NCBI GenBank assembly: GCA_043228905.1
Contig: JBHGNT010000015.1
Span: 372,001-436,000 of the forward strand
Length of the DNA: 64,000 bases
Reading direction: 5' to 3'
Origin: Azolla caroliniana
Taxonomy: Eukaryota; Plantae; Polypodiophyta
Notes under the pieces: generated by a model
What the model saw: the letters and a program-made list of their open reading frames with translations, nothing else
The model's database searches: none
Told to the model about the DNA's origin: nothing
Made by a program: the position numbers and the translations under genes
Shown here: one piece after another, positions 1-10,525 of the stretch
How the letters are laid out: every line of letters begins with the position of its first letter
Numbering within the stretch: the stretch's first letter is position 1

Positions 1-200
1 ATCATGGAGATCAAAGCAACCACAACACTCTTATCAAAAATCTATTTGACTTGTCAATGCTCGTCTTTGTCACACTATTTATCTGGTGATTGGTGAATGG
101 TGTTGGATGACATGACGACGTTTAGAACTTCCTCATCAAAAAGTGTGCACCATATTTCTCATCAAAAAGTGTGTGGCATATTATATGGTCAGATTGACTC

Positions 201-433
201 ATTAATTGTTAGAAATTTAATGTATATTCAATATAACATTGCTTAATAAAGCACTTAGTTCTTTTAAGGTTGGATAATTAATTATTAGAAATTTAATGTA
301 TATTCAATATAACATTGCTTAATAAAGCACTTAGTTCTTTTAAGGTTGGATAATTAATTATTAGAAATTTAATGTATATTCAATATAACATTGCTTAATA
401 AAGCACTTAGTTCTTTTAAGGTTGGATAATTAT
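201..433. repeat. Tandem repeat, 76-bp AT-rich unit x3
   Basis: ATTAATT(G/A)TTAGAAATTTAATGTATATTCAATATAACATTGCTTAATAAAGCACTTAGTTCTTTTAAGGTTGGATA occurs at 201, 277 and 353, nearly identical. Confidence 0.95.
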
Positions 434-1265
434 AGTTGAACGAACCATGCAAATTGCATGTATCTTATGCACAATTTCTTGCATCATGTTTTCTTCCCCA
501 GTGAGTTTTAATGTATGTCTTACATAATGTGATCTCATTAATGTGTTGTCCACACCTAATGACAAGACTCAAGAGCGAGCGATTTGACTATATGTGTGAG
601 TATGAGCATTATGGTTGCCAACACGTTTGAGGTATGTAAAAGATAATAGCCTTGATTGTCTAAAGGCATCGCGAAGTTGTGCAATAGACAAGATTAATTC
701 AATGAAATGTTTTGTTCCATTGTGTATGTTCAATTAGCAACATCCAATGTTCTACCTACACATTCAACATGATTTAAATTACTTTATGACAATTAGGAAA
801 GGTCACTCTATATAAAAGGGAGAGAGGCCACGAGTGTTCACTTCTTTGGAAAGACATGATTGATGATTGTCAAACAATTGGTGGCTTAATAGTAAAATGA
901 TTTTGTGAGAGTGATCCCAATGAGTTGCGTAAGGTTCAATGAGACTAGGTGAGATTCGAACCTTGTTTATCAGGTCCCCTACATTACCATCAATTTATCG
1001 TCACCCTTGTAGAAAGCCTACTATGCGAGACATGGGGATAGGAACCAAAAGGAATGAATGAGGGGGGTCACGAAGGTTCGAATGAAAGCGCAAATTGCTT
1101 CTCTAGAGGCTAACAAACACTTCCATTAAAAATGTGTGATGAACATTGAATGGAATGGGGGGGCTTGGCCTAAATCTGGGGTCAAATTTGGTAGCCCCCT
1201 CTAAAACCCTGCCTTCCTTCCTTGGCTGCTTTTGGCTGCTTTTCTTGGGGAGTTTGATTCTCTAA

Positions 1266-1364
1266 ATGCCAAGACAAGAACATGGTGGGCCATTTGCCCA
1301 TCAAGCAGCAGAAGATAGGGCGCCCTCTCATTCGTCCATAGATTTGAAGGGATCCCATTCATGA
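1266..1364 (+). promoter_or_regulatory. Candidate 32-aa uORF whose TGA overlaps the peptidase ATG (ATGA)
   Basis: ATG at 1266 reads MPRQEHGGPFAHQAAEDRAPSHSSIDLKGSHS and stops at TGA 1362-1364, overlapping ATG 1361-1363. Depends on transcription starting upstream of 1266. Confidence 0.4.
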
Positions 1365-4300
1365 CGACTAGCGAGAAGCCATGGAGGTTTGCTGTTCTCC
1401 TGACAGGCCATGCCTCGCCCTTCACACAGCAGAAGTATGGAGGCTATGGCCAGATGTTCGTTGATCTCCTGAAGGAAGAAGGAGAAACATGGGACATTAT
1501 CCCAGTAGTCGATGGCATCTTCCCTTCGTCTCAAGACCTTGATTGGTACCATGGGTTCGTCATCACTGGCAGCAAGTTTGATGCTCATGGAAACGATCCT
1601 TGGATCCTCAATCTCTGTGAAATTCTGTGTGAACTGCACCTCAAACGTAAGAAAGTGCTGGGGGTCTGCTTCGGACATCAGGTAAATTCTCCTCTTGGCT
1701 CATACATGTATGTGCTGTTTATTTGTACGTATAAAAAGAAAGAAGAGCAAGTGTCATGTCTATGTATGTAGGGTTTACATGGGCATAGATGAAGAACCAT
1801 ACACGAACCATGTGTATATGTAATTTTTATATGTACATAGAAGAAGAACTAGTAGAACTGACTGAGATGTAGATGATGTTTTATGCATAGAAGAAGAGAA
1901 TTTGGACTTTGAGACAGATAATATAGAAGTTGAGATGTAGATGTAGATATGTTTTTTTCCACTTAGAGAGAGAGACAAAACTAAATAGAGAGTCTTTGCA
2001 TCTCTCCAGATACTTTGCCGTGCGTTAGGTGGAAAAACGGATAGGGCTGCTGTGGGTTGGGAGCTCGGAGCCAGAGCCATTGAGCTCTCTATTGAGATTC
2101 TGAGCACAAAACCTTATGGAAGAAGTTTTCCGCGTGTGCTTCGAGTTATCGAATCACATCAAGACCAGGTACAATGAAAGTTCCTTCTAATTATGTCCTG
2201 TATTGGTATTCAAAGATGATTCTTAAAAGATATATTCAAACTAAATGTATATGGATAGTGAGATCATATGGTGTGGTTGGTCAGAGTCTTTGGTTATGAA
2301 AAAGCTGAATCTTGGGACTCAGGTTCAAGTGTATATACTCTATGGGAACATTTAAAATTAAAACCAGGTAGATCTTGTTATGTCAGCAATTCTGGAATTT
2401 GATTCCCCTTCCAACAAACATATACATAGCATTCATTGAATTCCAAACAGATCTTGTGGTCTCAGCAATTTTGGGCTTTACTTACTCTCTCAATAAAAAT
2501 TGTGACAACACAACATTTCCAAGAAATTGAACTATTTCCAACACAACAATATCATGAGATTAGATCTAGAATAGTGAACTATAAATAGAGTTTAAAGACC
2601 ATTCCACTCTGAAAGCATATAATAGCCAGTAGTGAGTAATCGATGTTGATTGTATCCTGCAATTGAATAAGAATTTTCGATTTTGACCTTTAATCAGTGA
2701 TTTTAAGCTTCTCTGGAAGTTTTGGATAGTGTTTTAAATCTTCTTCGATGGTTTTAGTCAGTTTCTTTTATAACAAATAATGTAAGAAAGGGTAGTAAAT
2801 TTTCCACTATCTACACCTCATGTCATTGCTGTATGTAACTCCATTTGATCTATAGTCATTCCTCCGCCAATTTATCTTTGCTCTGTAGACTCCATCAGTT
2901 TCTCTATAGGCCTATCTCAGGAAGTAGTGCAACCATAATGTATTCAATATCCCACGGTCCACCATATTATTCGAGTATGTAAGCTCGATCAATTGACACA
3001 CTAAAAATCCAGGTTGAGATTGAGAGATCATGGAAACATGAGCGAAGAGATAAGACAATGGCGATGATGATGATATTTTAACATCCTCAGGAGGCCAGAA
3101 ATATGACCTATGAGACCCAAAACAGCATTAGGAGAGAGTCTCCTCCGCTCGTGCAGAGGGTATAGCCCAACACCTTTTTTTCTCAAGGTCATTAATGGTG
3201 GGAAACATTGGAAGATGGCTGTGAATGTGTCACATGATAGTGTGTGATGCTCCTCTCCTGATTAGGGCAGAGTGTGCAGAGTTCCTCTCCAGGCTTCATT
3301 GTCAATCTCTCTCTCTAGATCCTTGGAGGTTAGTCTAGTGGATGCAGGTCAAGTTTGGTAGGCGGTTAGCTAACGCCAACCTGGGTTCAGCAAGCAAACA
3401 AGCAAGAATGCGTCAGGATAGGTGCCCCGGGACCAACACTTCCAAAAGGTCTTGTTCCCACTGTCCTCGTTGATTTATCTCATATTCCAGAGCCACCTTG
3501 TTCTTAGGGAATCTCTCTCATAGCTATGAGCTAGCTCATTGACCCTGTAATGACTGATTTGAAAGATGAAAGCATGATTGTTAATGCGAACACGCCAGTT
3601 CTCACTCCCTTCGGCTGAGACAGAAATTTATTATCTTCATTAAAGGTATATATATGGAGTTTAGTGATTCTCAATGTTCCAGAATTGATCAGCGAACCTT
3701 GCAATTAAGAGTGCATATTGTGATTGAGAAATATTTGTTTAGGGACTGAACCAGTATGGTTGAAGCAGAGGATTTTATCAAAGTGTGAGACTTAGAGTTA
3801 TGAACTTGGTCAGAACAAAATATGCATTGTCGATGATTTTTCTTATTTGTGTCAATGCTCTATCTCACTTCAAAGAGAATGCAGGCTAATTTGTGAATTG
3901 AAGAAACTTTATAGGAAGTTGCTTTGGACATTTTCAAACTTTTTCCAAGCAAACTTAGGAATGTTATTGCCCCATACTTCAAGCCCATAGAGAAGCACTG
4001 GTGTTACCAATGTGCAAAAGAGGTATTTCTTGAGAACCCAACATTTAATTTCTCCACCAATGCATTGTAAGCCCTCTTTCTCGTGTCTTAGGGATGCTAC
4101 TGCCCTATAATCCAAACCCATCAAAAAGTGGTGGTCTTACCACATGTAAAAGAGGTATTTCTTTGGAACCCAGCATTTAACTTCTCCACCTATTCACATG
4201 TTCTCCAATGCATAGTAAGCCCGCTTTCCGGCTTTTATGCTATTGGCAGCAGATGCATTTTATCTATGGTTTGAGAGAACCTCAAACCCAATATAAGTGA

Positions 4301-4678
4301 AGCTTTCTACAGTTCAAATAGCTCATTATCGTACACAATGTATGGTTTATCCTTATTTTGAGTGTTCAATAATATAACCTTTGTTTTGAAGGTATTGACA
4401 CTTAGCTTATTATGCATACAAAAATTTTCCAACACACTCATAAGGTTTTGGGCATCTTCTAAAGTATTTACGAAAAACTCCACATCATCTGTATATAACA
4501 AATGCATGATGACTACATTCCCAATGGTAACTTCTTCAAAGCCTTCTTGCTTTGCAAACTCATTGACCATTTGTTCCAATTTATCGTAGCATAAACCAAA
4601 GAGAGTGGGCATCCTTTTCTAATACCATGGTGCATGCGCACGTGCACGTGCATGTGCATGTGGAGTGTGTGTGTGTGT

Positions 4679-4754
<76 letters not shown>

Positions 4755-7564
4755 ACGCCTTTTAAGATGCCAAAATGGCCAATAAGACCAAACAAGAGAT
4801 TACATCTTAAGTGTTATCTTGTCTTTGAGAACAACAAATCAAAATAAAATAAATATTACTCAGTAAATATAAAAGTAAATAAGTTAAAAAAAGACAAGGG
4901 AATCTGGTTTTTAGCACATGTGAGATTCTCAAGCTAGATATATTATAACTTTTTCCTACAAAAGATTTCTAGCATAGGTCGATCCAGAATGAAGAGGTAT
5001 CCAAAGTGACGGAAGCACCTCCGATGGGTGGAGATAATGGCCTTTATTTGTGGATGACAAGGGTGTGGAGGTCGTGGACCATGGGGTTGGGGCCTTAGTG
5101 CACGACAAATTACTATTGCCCGATCTATTGTAACCCCTTTTGTTATGTCCTGGTCGGGAGCCCATTTATGTATCCATTGATTGACTTGTAACATTAGTAG
5201 GAGTGATGGGGCTAAAGAAAGTTGTGATTGTTCTTTGTGGATGAGTTTGTGTGGTTGTATCATTGTCCAACAACTTTTCCCTATGTCTCTTGAGTTTTAG
5301 CAAGAAAAGTCCTAGGCACCGTTGGTCCTCATATTCCATCACCTTGCGTAATGGGCCGAAGCCTTGTTTGAAGAGGCAATGGTATCTCCCTCTGATTTCA
5401 TAAAAGACACAACAATGCCAAACAGAGTGTTCTTCAGATTCCACACCTTGATGACACAATTAGCAAATTCTTTCAACTTTTCCCTATGTCTCTTGAGTTT
5501 TAGCAAGAAAAGTCCTAGGCACCGTTGGTCCTCATATTCCATCACCTTGCGTAATGGGCTGAAGCCTTGTTTGAAGAGGCAATGGTATCTCTCTTTGATT
5601 TCATAAAAGACACAACAATGCCAAACATAGTGTTCTTCAGATTCCACACCTTGATGACACAATTGGCAAATTCTTTCTCCTAGAGGTATTCGTGTGTGTA
5701 TGCCTACTGCAATCTCTAACTGATGTGATGAAGTTCGCAGGTGCCCTATCACATTGCGCAACACATAAGATAGATGTATATAAGGTGGCCTGATGATGAA
5801 TTCATTCTCCGATGTGTGTAAAAGGTGTGTCTTGTAGTGTCATCTTCGTACCAAGTGATATTTTGGGGCTGATCCATGTTATCTTGTTTTCCAAGTTAAT
5901 AATCAATTCAGATCATTGTATTCTTTTCCACTTTGGTCATATTTAGATGGGGAGAGTCCAAGCTATATCGGAATGGGGGTAGTGCATTTATACTTATGCC
6001 ATGTGACTCGAAGTAGTGCTGCATTTCAGCATACCAACAATGAATGTCTCCATTTTCAGCCAGTTGTCTTGATGACATAAGTGCCAACCTTGGGTACCTT
6101 CATTTAGGGAGCTCCCAAAGACGTTGGATACATGTCACTGATCGGAACAATGCCTTGGCTATTATAGCTGCTGCTCCCATCTCTCCTTGGATTATATGTA
6201 GCTCAGTTGGTAAGGTTACCCAATGGAGACCAAAAGGTCATGGATTCAACATGTACATTCCATGGTGGCATCTGGTAAAGTAACTGCATATGTATGGAGT
6301 AATAGAGAGGTGAGAAAATTGGGGTTCGAATCCAAAACTTACCACTAGGGTGAGCTAATTACGAATTAGAATTTTTTTATCGTCCATAAAGAGGCCAGTT
6401 TTGACCTATGGGACAAGAGTATACATGTGCTCTTGATATGTGTCTCCTTCCTAAAAAGGGGTATTCATACCTTGAATCACAAAGTCTCTATGCGTGAATA
6501 AGGCATACATATATGAGCTCAGCCTTCTAGGTAGTGTCTTAAGTATGGCACTTAAGTTATCACTCCCTCATAATATGTCATCATATCTTGAGCGAATTGC
6601 ACAATATGCCGAGCATGTGAAGAGCAAGTGACATTCATCCTTTACCATGCCTTCATTGCATAGTTTATATGCCCTCAAATTCGTTACATTTTGATATCAT
6701 GATGCAACTTCAATACCTAACTTGTGAGATCGAGTGTGAACTAGTGTGAGGGCTCTACGGGCATTACTACACATATTGGTAATGAGATAAGGTAGGATAC
6801 GATCAATAGGCATGCTTGCCTTATATTTAGCAATGGGCACGGTTTGGTTTCGGTTTGGTTTGGTTTGGTTTCAAGGCAAAGAAACCAAACCAAACCAAAA
6901 CCAAACCGTTTATGAACTCTCAGTATTTAAACCAAACCATTTAAGAAAAAGTTAAAACCAAACCATTTAAGAAAAAGTTTAAACCATTAAACCATTAAAT
7001 TGAACCATTAAATTAAATAAACATTTAAGTTAAATTAATTAAATCAATAAAAAACCATTACATCAATAAACTATTAAGGTAAAAAAAAAAAGTTAACCAA
7101 AAACCTATAAACTTTGAAACCAAACCTGTAAACCTATAAACCCGAGTTTTAGAACCGAACCGAACTGAAACCGAACCGTTTATCGAGAATCCAAACCATT
7201 AATTTTTTTGGAACCAATAAACCGTTAAACCATGGCTTAACGGTTCGGTTCGGTTTGAGCCGAAATCGTGCCCATTGCTACTTATATTGAGACCAACATT
7301 TAGGGTTGATATTTGCAATGTAGTATTCTAGCTTTGCCCTCATAGCAGCTTCTCATTTCATCCTTAATGATTCCACCAACCTTTCCTCAATCATTACATG
7401 ATGCATAGCATCGCCCGAAAGCTCTAAATGATCATCCACATTCCATCTTTTGAAGCATTTTCTTATGTCAACAACCCAACTGGACGAGAGAATTTTACTC
7501 TTAAGATTCTTTTGTAGCTTACATCCAACGTTCCAAGCAAGATGTGATAATCGATGATTTGACG

Positions 7565-7604
<40 letters not shown>

Positions 7605-8114
7605 CCCAACAGGTACTGGAAATACCTCCTGGGGCAGAAGGCTTAGGATACTCTGAAAGGACACCATTTGAAGTATTTTCTTTTGGCAATCATATATTGG
7701 GAATTCAAGGTCACCCCGAGTTTGAAGCAGATGTGATAACAGATATTATCGAAACTCGTTTAGCCCTCGGAGTTATCTCGGTAATACTTCATAATTCACA
7801 TCCTTAAACCATTTTCTTTGTACTAGTAGTTATAGCACTATTTTTCTCTTTTCAATTTTCCTTTTTCTTACTTGATGTAATGCATTCGATTATTTCTACA
7901 GGGCCTGAAAGTTGTTTTTCATTCATTGATACGTTCATGCCTCAAGAAAATCTTGCTTTTCAATACTGCATGTTTTCATGAATCCTGTGGCTGATTTTTT
8001 GCATAGGAGGATGTTGCTAACCATGCCAAAGCATCCATTGAGGAAAACAAGCCAGATAAGGAAGCATGGCAGAAACTGTGCAAGGATTTCCTTAAATTTG
8101 ATTTATTCCATTGA
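1361..8114 (+). CDS. Class I glutamine amidotransferase-like protein / gamma-glutamyl peptidase (GGP family), 4 exons
   Basis: Exons 1361-1681, 2010-2168, 7613-7780 and 8007-8114, all phase-0 GT-AG. Motifs YGGYGQMFVDLL, GFVITGS, nucleophile elbow GVCFGHQ|ILCRALGG, ESHQDQ|V and GIQGHPEF give an intact Cys-His-Glu triad. C-terminus WQKLCKDFLK resembles plant GGPs. Intron 2 is 5.4 kb and TE-filled. Confidence 0.93.
2269..2350 (+). mobile_element. Degenerate tRNA-derived SINE-like head
   Basis: A-box-like TGGTGTGGTTGG (2269) and B-box-like GGTTCAAGT (2322). The following sequence resembles that after the similar head at 6199. Confidence 0.35.
3909..4620 (-). mobile_element. Degenerate non-LTR retrotransposon RT fragment (RTEX-like)
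   Basis: Peptides PTLFGLCYDKLEQ...HLLYTDDV (YADD-derived), LSVNTFKTKVI and LFCTLVTPVLLYGLEVWG, with stops/frameshifts and a short internal duplication near 4015-4190. Confidence 0.85.
4666..4750. repeat. Compound (GT)n(GA)n microsatellite
   Basis: Read directly; abuts the 3' end of the LINE copy at 4751-6197. Confidence 0.95.
4751..6197 (-). mobile_element. 3' part of an RTEX-like LINE (ORF2 C-terminal zinc finger plus 3' UTR), degenerate
   Basis: HLRTSSHQLEIAVGIHTRIPLGERICQLCHQGVESEEHYVWHCCVFYEI is a CCHC-type C-terminal motif. The reverse complement aligns by eye with ~42870-44010. Contains a 203-bp tandem duplication (5271-5473 / 5474-5676). Confidence 0.88.
6199..6365 (+). mobile_element. 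tRNA-derived SINE-like remnant(s)
   Basis: A box TAGCTCAGTTGG (6199), B-box-like GGATTCAAC (6242) and perfect B box GGTTCGAATCC (6323). The motif CTTACCACTAGGGT(G/A)AGCTAATTAC at 6338 recurs at 17014. Confidence 0.45.
6828..7280. mobile_element. hAT-superfamily MITE (453 bp)
   Basis: Perfect 14-bp TIRs TAGCAATGGGCACG / CGTGCCCATTGCTA, perfect 8-bp TSD CTTATATT (6820-6827 and 7281-7288), many subterminal AAACC/AACCG motifs in both orientations. Confidence 0.95.
7567..7602. repeat. (GA)n microsatellite just before the exon 3 acceptor of the peptidase gene
   Basis: ...(GA)n TTCCCAACAG|GTACTG... Confidence 0.95.
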
Positions 8115-10022
8115 TCATAAAATTCTTGAACTCTTAGTGGTATAATATTTTACCACCAGGACCAGCGAGATAATATACCAGTATGTTTTCTCTTACTGGA
8201 TCATTCTTTGAACTACCAAGATCAGCTAGATTTTAGACCAATATTTTATTGTTAACCATTATTACATACATGTAATATAAAACCAATATTTCTGAACTTA
8301 TTAAAACATTTGTTACAATGATATTTCTGAGAGAACATGAAATCTCTTCCATTTTTTTGACCTCCTGTTGGTGAGAGTCAGACAATTGATTAATGCCTTC
8401 AAACTTGATGGATTGCCTGCTAAATATCTCTGAAAATGAATAATTCTGGTCTTATTTGTTTTAATAAATGGTTGTGTTTGCATATTTTGTTAATCCTAGC
8501 CCATTTGGGTTTTTATATTCCAAGGATGGTTTCTGTTGTTACCATATTATGCACCTCTCCCTCTGTAACTTTGTGACCATGGATTGTCTTAGTGTCATCA
8601 AATGCATGCTAAAGACATAAGAATGTTATCCCTAAGCTCGGATGGAGTCTCTTCTTACCCATTCTTTATGTTGTAGCATTTATGTTGAATCCTAAAATCA
8701 GCACTACGCTTGGATACTTTTGTTTGCTATGAGACTATCACCTTGAAGAATTACTATAGAAGCTTTATGGATAGGAAAATGCATGTCATTGATGGATGGC
8801 TTTTGTCGACGCTTGTAAGTTGTTCAATTCTCTGATGTGAGATGAGATTAGTTTGGCTTTCTTTCATCCACCAATCAAAATAGATGGATCTCGATATGAT
8901 CTTGATGAATCATCGATGGCGTTCTCTCTACACTTGTTTGACTCTCTAGAACCACAATGTTTTTCTTGTTTGTTGTAGTCTATCAAGTCAAAACGTAAAT
9001 TGGGAGACATGTTGCATTGAAACTTACGAATACATTCATGACACAAAGGTAAAACGTGTAAATTGGAGGACATAACATGATGAAATCAACGAAGACAAAT
9101 ACGATCTAGTATATTGCAAAACCCAAATTTTTGTTGCAAAACCCAAATTTTTGTAGCCAAGTTAATAACCGGAATGCAACATTCTATATATTGATGTGCC
9201 CAATTAATTGCCACTGCCCTAAATGCACATCCCTCTATTTGGGACATTGGAAGATTCATATTGTACTCCTAGGTCATTATTGGGAGTACCATCGGTCGTT
9301 GAAGAATGTTCCGAACACAACCATGCTCTTTGATTATCAAATTGAAAGAGAAAAGTTGCATGGTACTGTCTTTGTATTTCTCTTGTTAGACCTTGGATTG
9401 CAATTTGCTAGACGTAGACATCCAACCCCATTTCAAATTATCAACGGCGGAATGATATAAAAAGTGTGTAAATCCATTCCAAAATTTTGCCTTCACATTA
9501 GACTATGGAAAAAGCAAAATGTTTGGGATGATCCCATCGTTTTGTGCCTACTGACATATCCTTGGTCAAAAAAGCTGTGTAGAATGGAAAATACATCGTT
9601 TTGTTTTGATTGGTTGTTTACGTAAGTAAAGAGAAGAGAAGGATATTATCGAGATGTAAAAGGAGATGAAATATACAGTACTCCATTTGTAACTAGGACG
9701 AGTGGAAATCTACAGTGCTGGAAGACAAGCTTTACTACCTGGAAAGAAACCATTTTGTACGTGATGATTGATCAATTGACATAGGTTCCAGCACGTGATG
9801 CGCAACTTTTTGGATATATGCGAGACCCCTTGGGAGGAAACCTTTTGGCTTCGAAGCATCAAAAGCTTTTTGGTTTCATCCCTTTCTTTTGGCGCGGGGT
9901 AATCATTATTTGCAAGCCGTCATAACAAGTGGGCTGCACTCTTAACACTTGTGCGCTACGTCACCATGAGGAGTCGGATGGATTTACGATGGATGTAGGT
10001 GTGAACCCTCTAGGCTCCGCCC

Positions 10023-10067
10023 AAGAAGAAGAAGAAGAAGAAGAAGAAGAAGAAGAAGAAGAAGAAG
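10023..10067. repeat. (GAA)n trinucleotide repeat upstream of the SKS gene
   Basis: Read directly. A short (CAGAA)n run also lies at ~10217-10243. Confidence 0.95.
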
Positions 10068-10525
10068 GAGAGTGACATATAGAGAAGTGTAGAGATAGAT
10101 AGAGTGGCCTAAGACAAGGAAGTAAGAAAACAAATGAATAACATGTACCAATCAATGAATCACTCAAGTCACTATATGCATACAAAAGGGCTTTCTTTGA
10201 TAGCTGTGTCTGCCCAAGAACAGAACAGAACAGAACAGAACAGCTGGAACATTGGGTATAGCAATCCCAAACATGTAAGCTAGCTGCTTCAGCTTTTTTA
10301 AGTACAAATCCTCAAATCTCAACCGTCCGTCACAACCATATACTGTGCTGCCTCTGTAGTCAGACCCATACATAACAAAGCAGCACTCTACCTTTTCTGT
10401 CTTCTTAAAGCTCTTCTTACTATTACTACCTCATTGTACCTAGTTATCATATGTTAGTGCTGTATAGAGGGCACTAGCAACCCTATTATCTCCTTCAGCT
10501 GATGAATTCATAGACCCCCACTGAT

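Noticed and set aside
201-433. Regularly spaced repeats resembling a CRISPR array
   Set aside because: Units are contiguous with no unique spacers, there are no cas genes and the context is eukaryotic.
480-1200. LTR-like segment with TATATAAAAGGG
   Set aside because: No partner LTR, PBS, PPT or TSD that I could define.
2400-3900. Possible LINE ORF1 or other TE remnant in the peptidase intron
   Set aside because: No diagnostic motif recognisable without a database search.
4665-4847. Glu-Arg repeat ORF (also 55302-55676)
   Set aside because: Translations of (GA)n microsatellites.
6199-6270. Possible tRNA gene
   Set aside because: A and B boxes are present, but I could not form acceptor and anticodon stems; treated as a SINE-like remnant.
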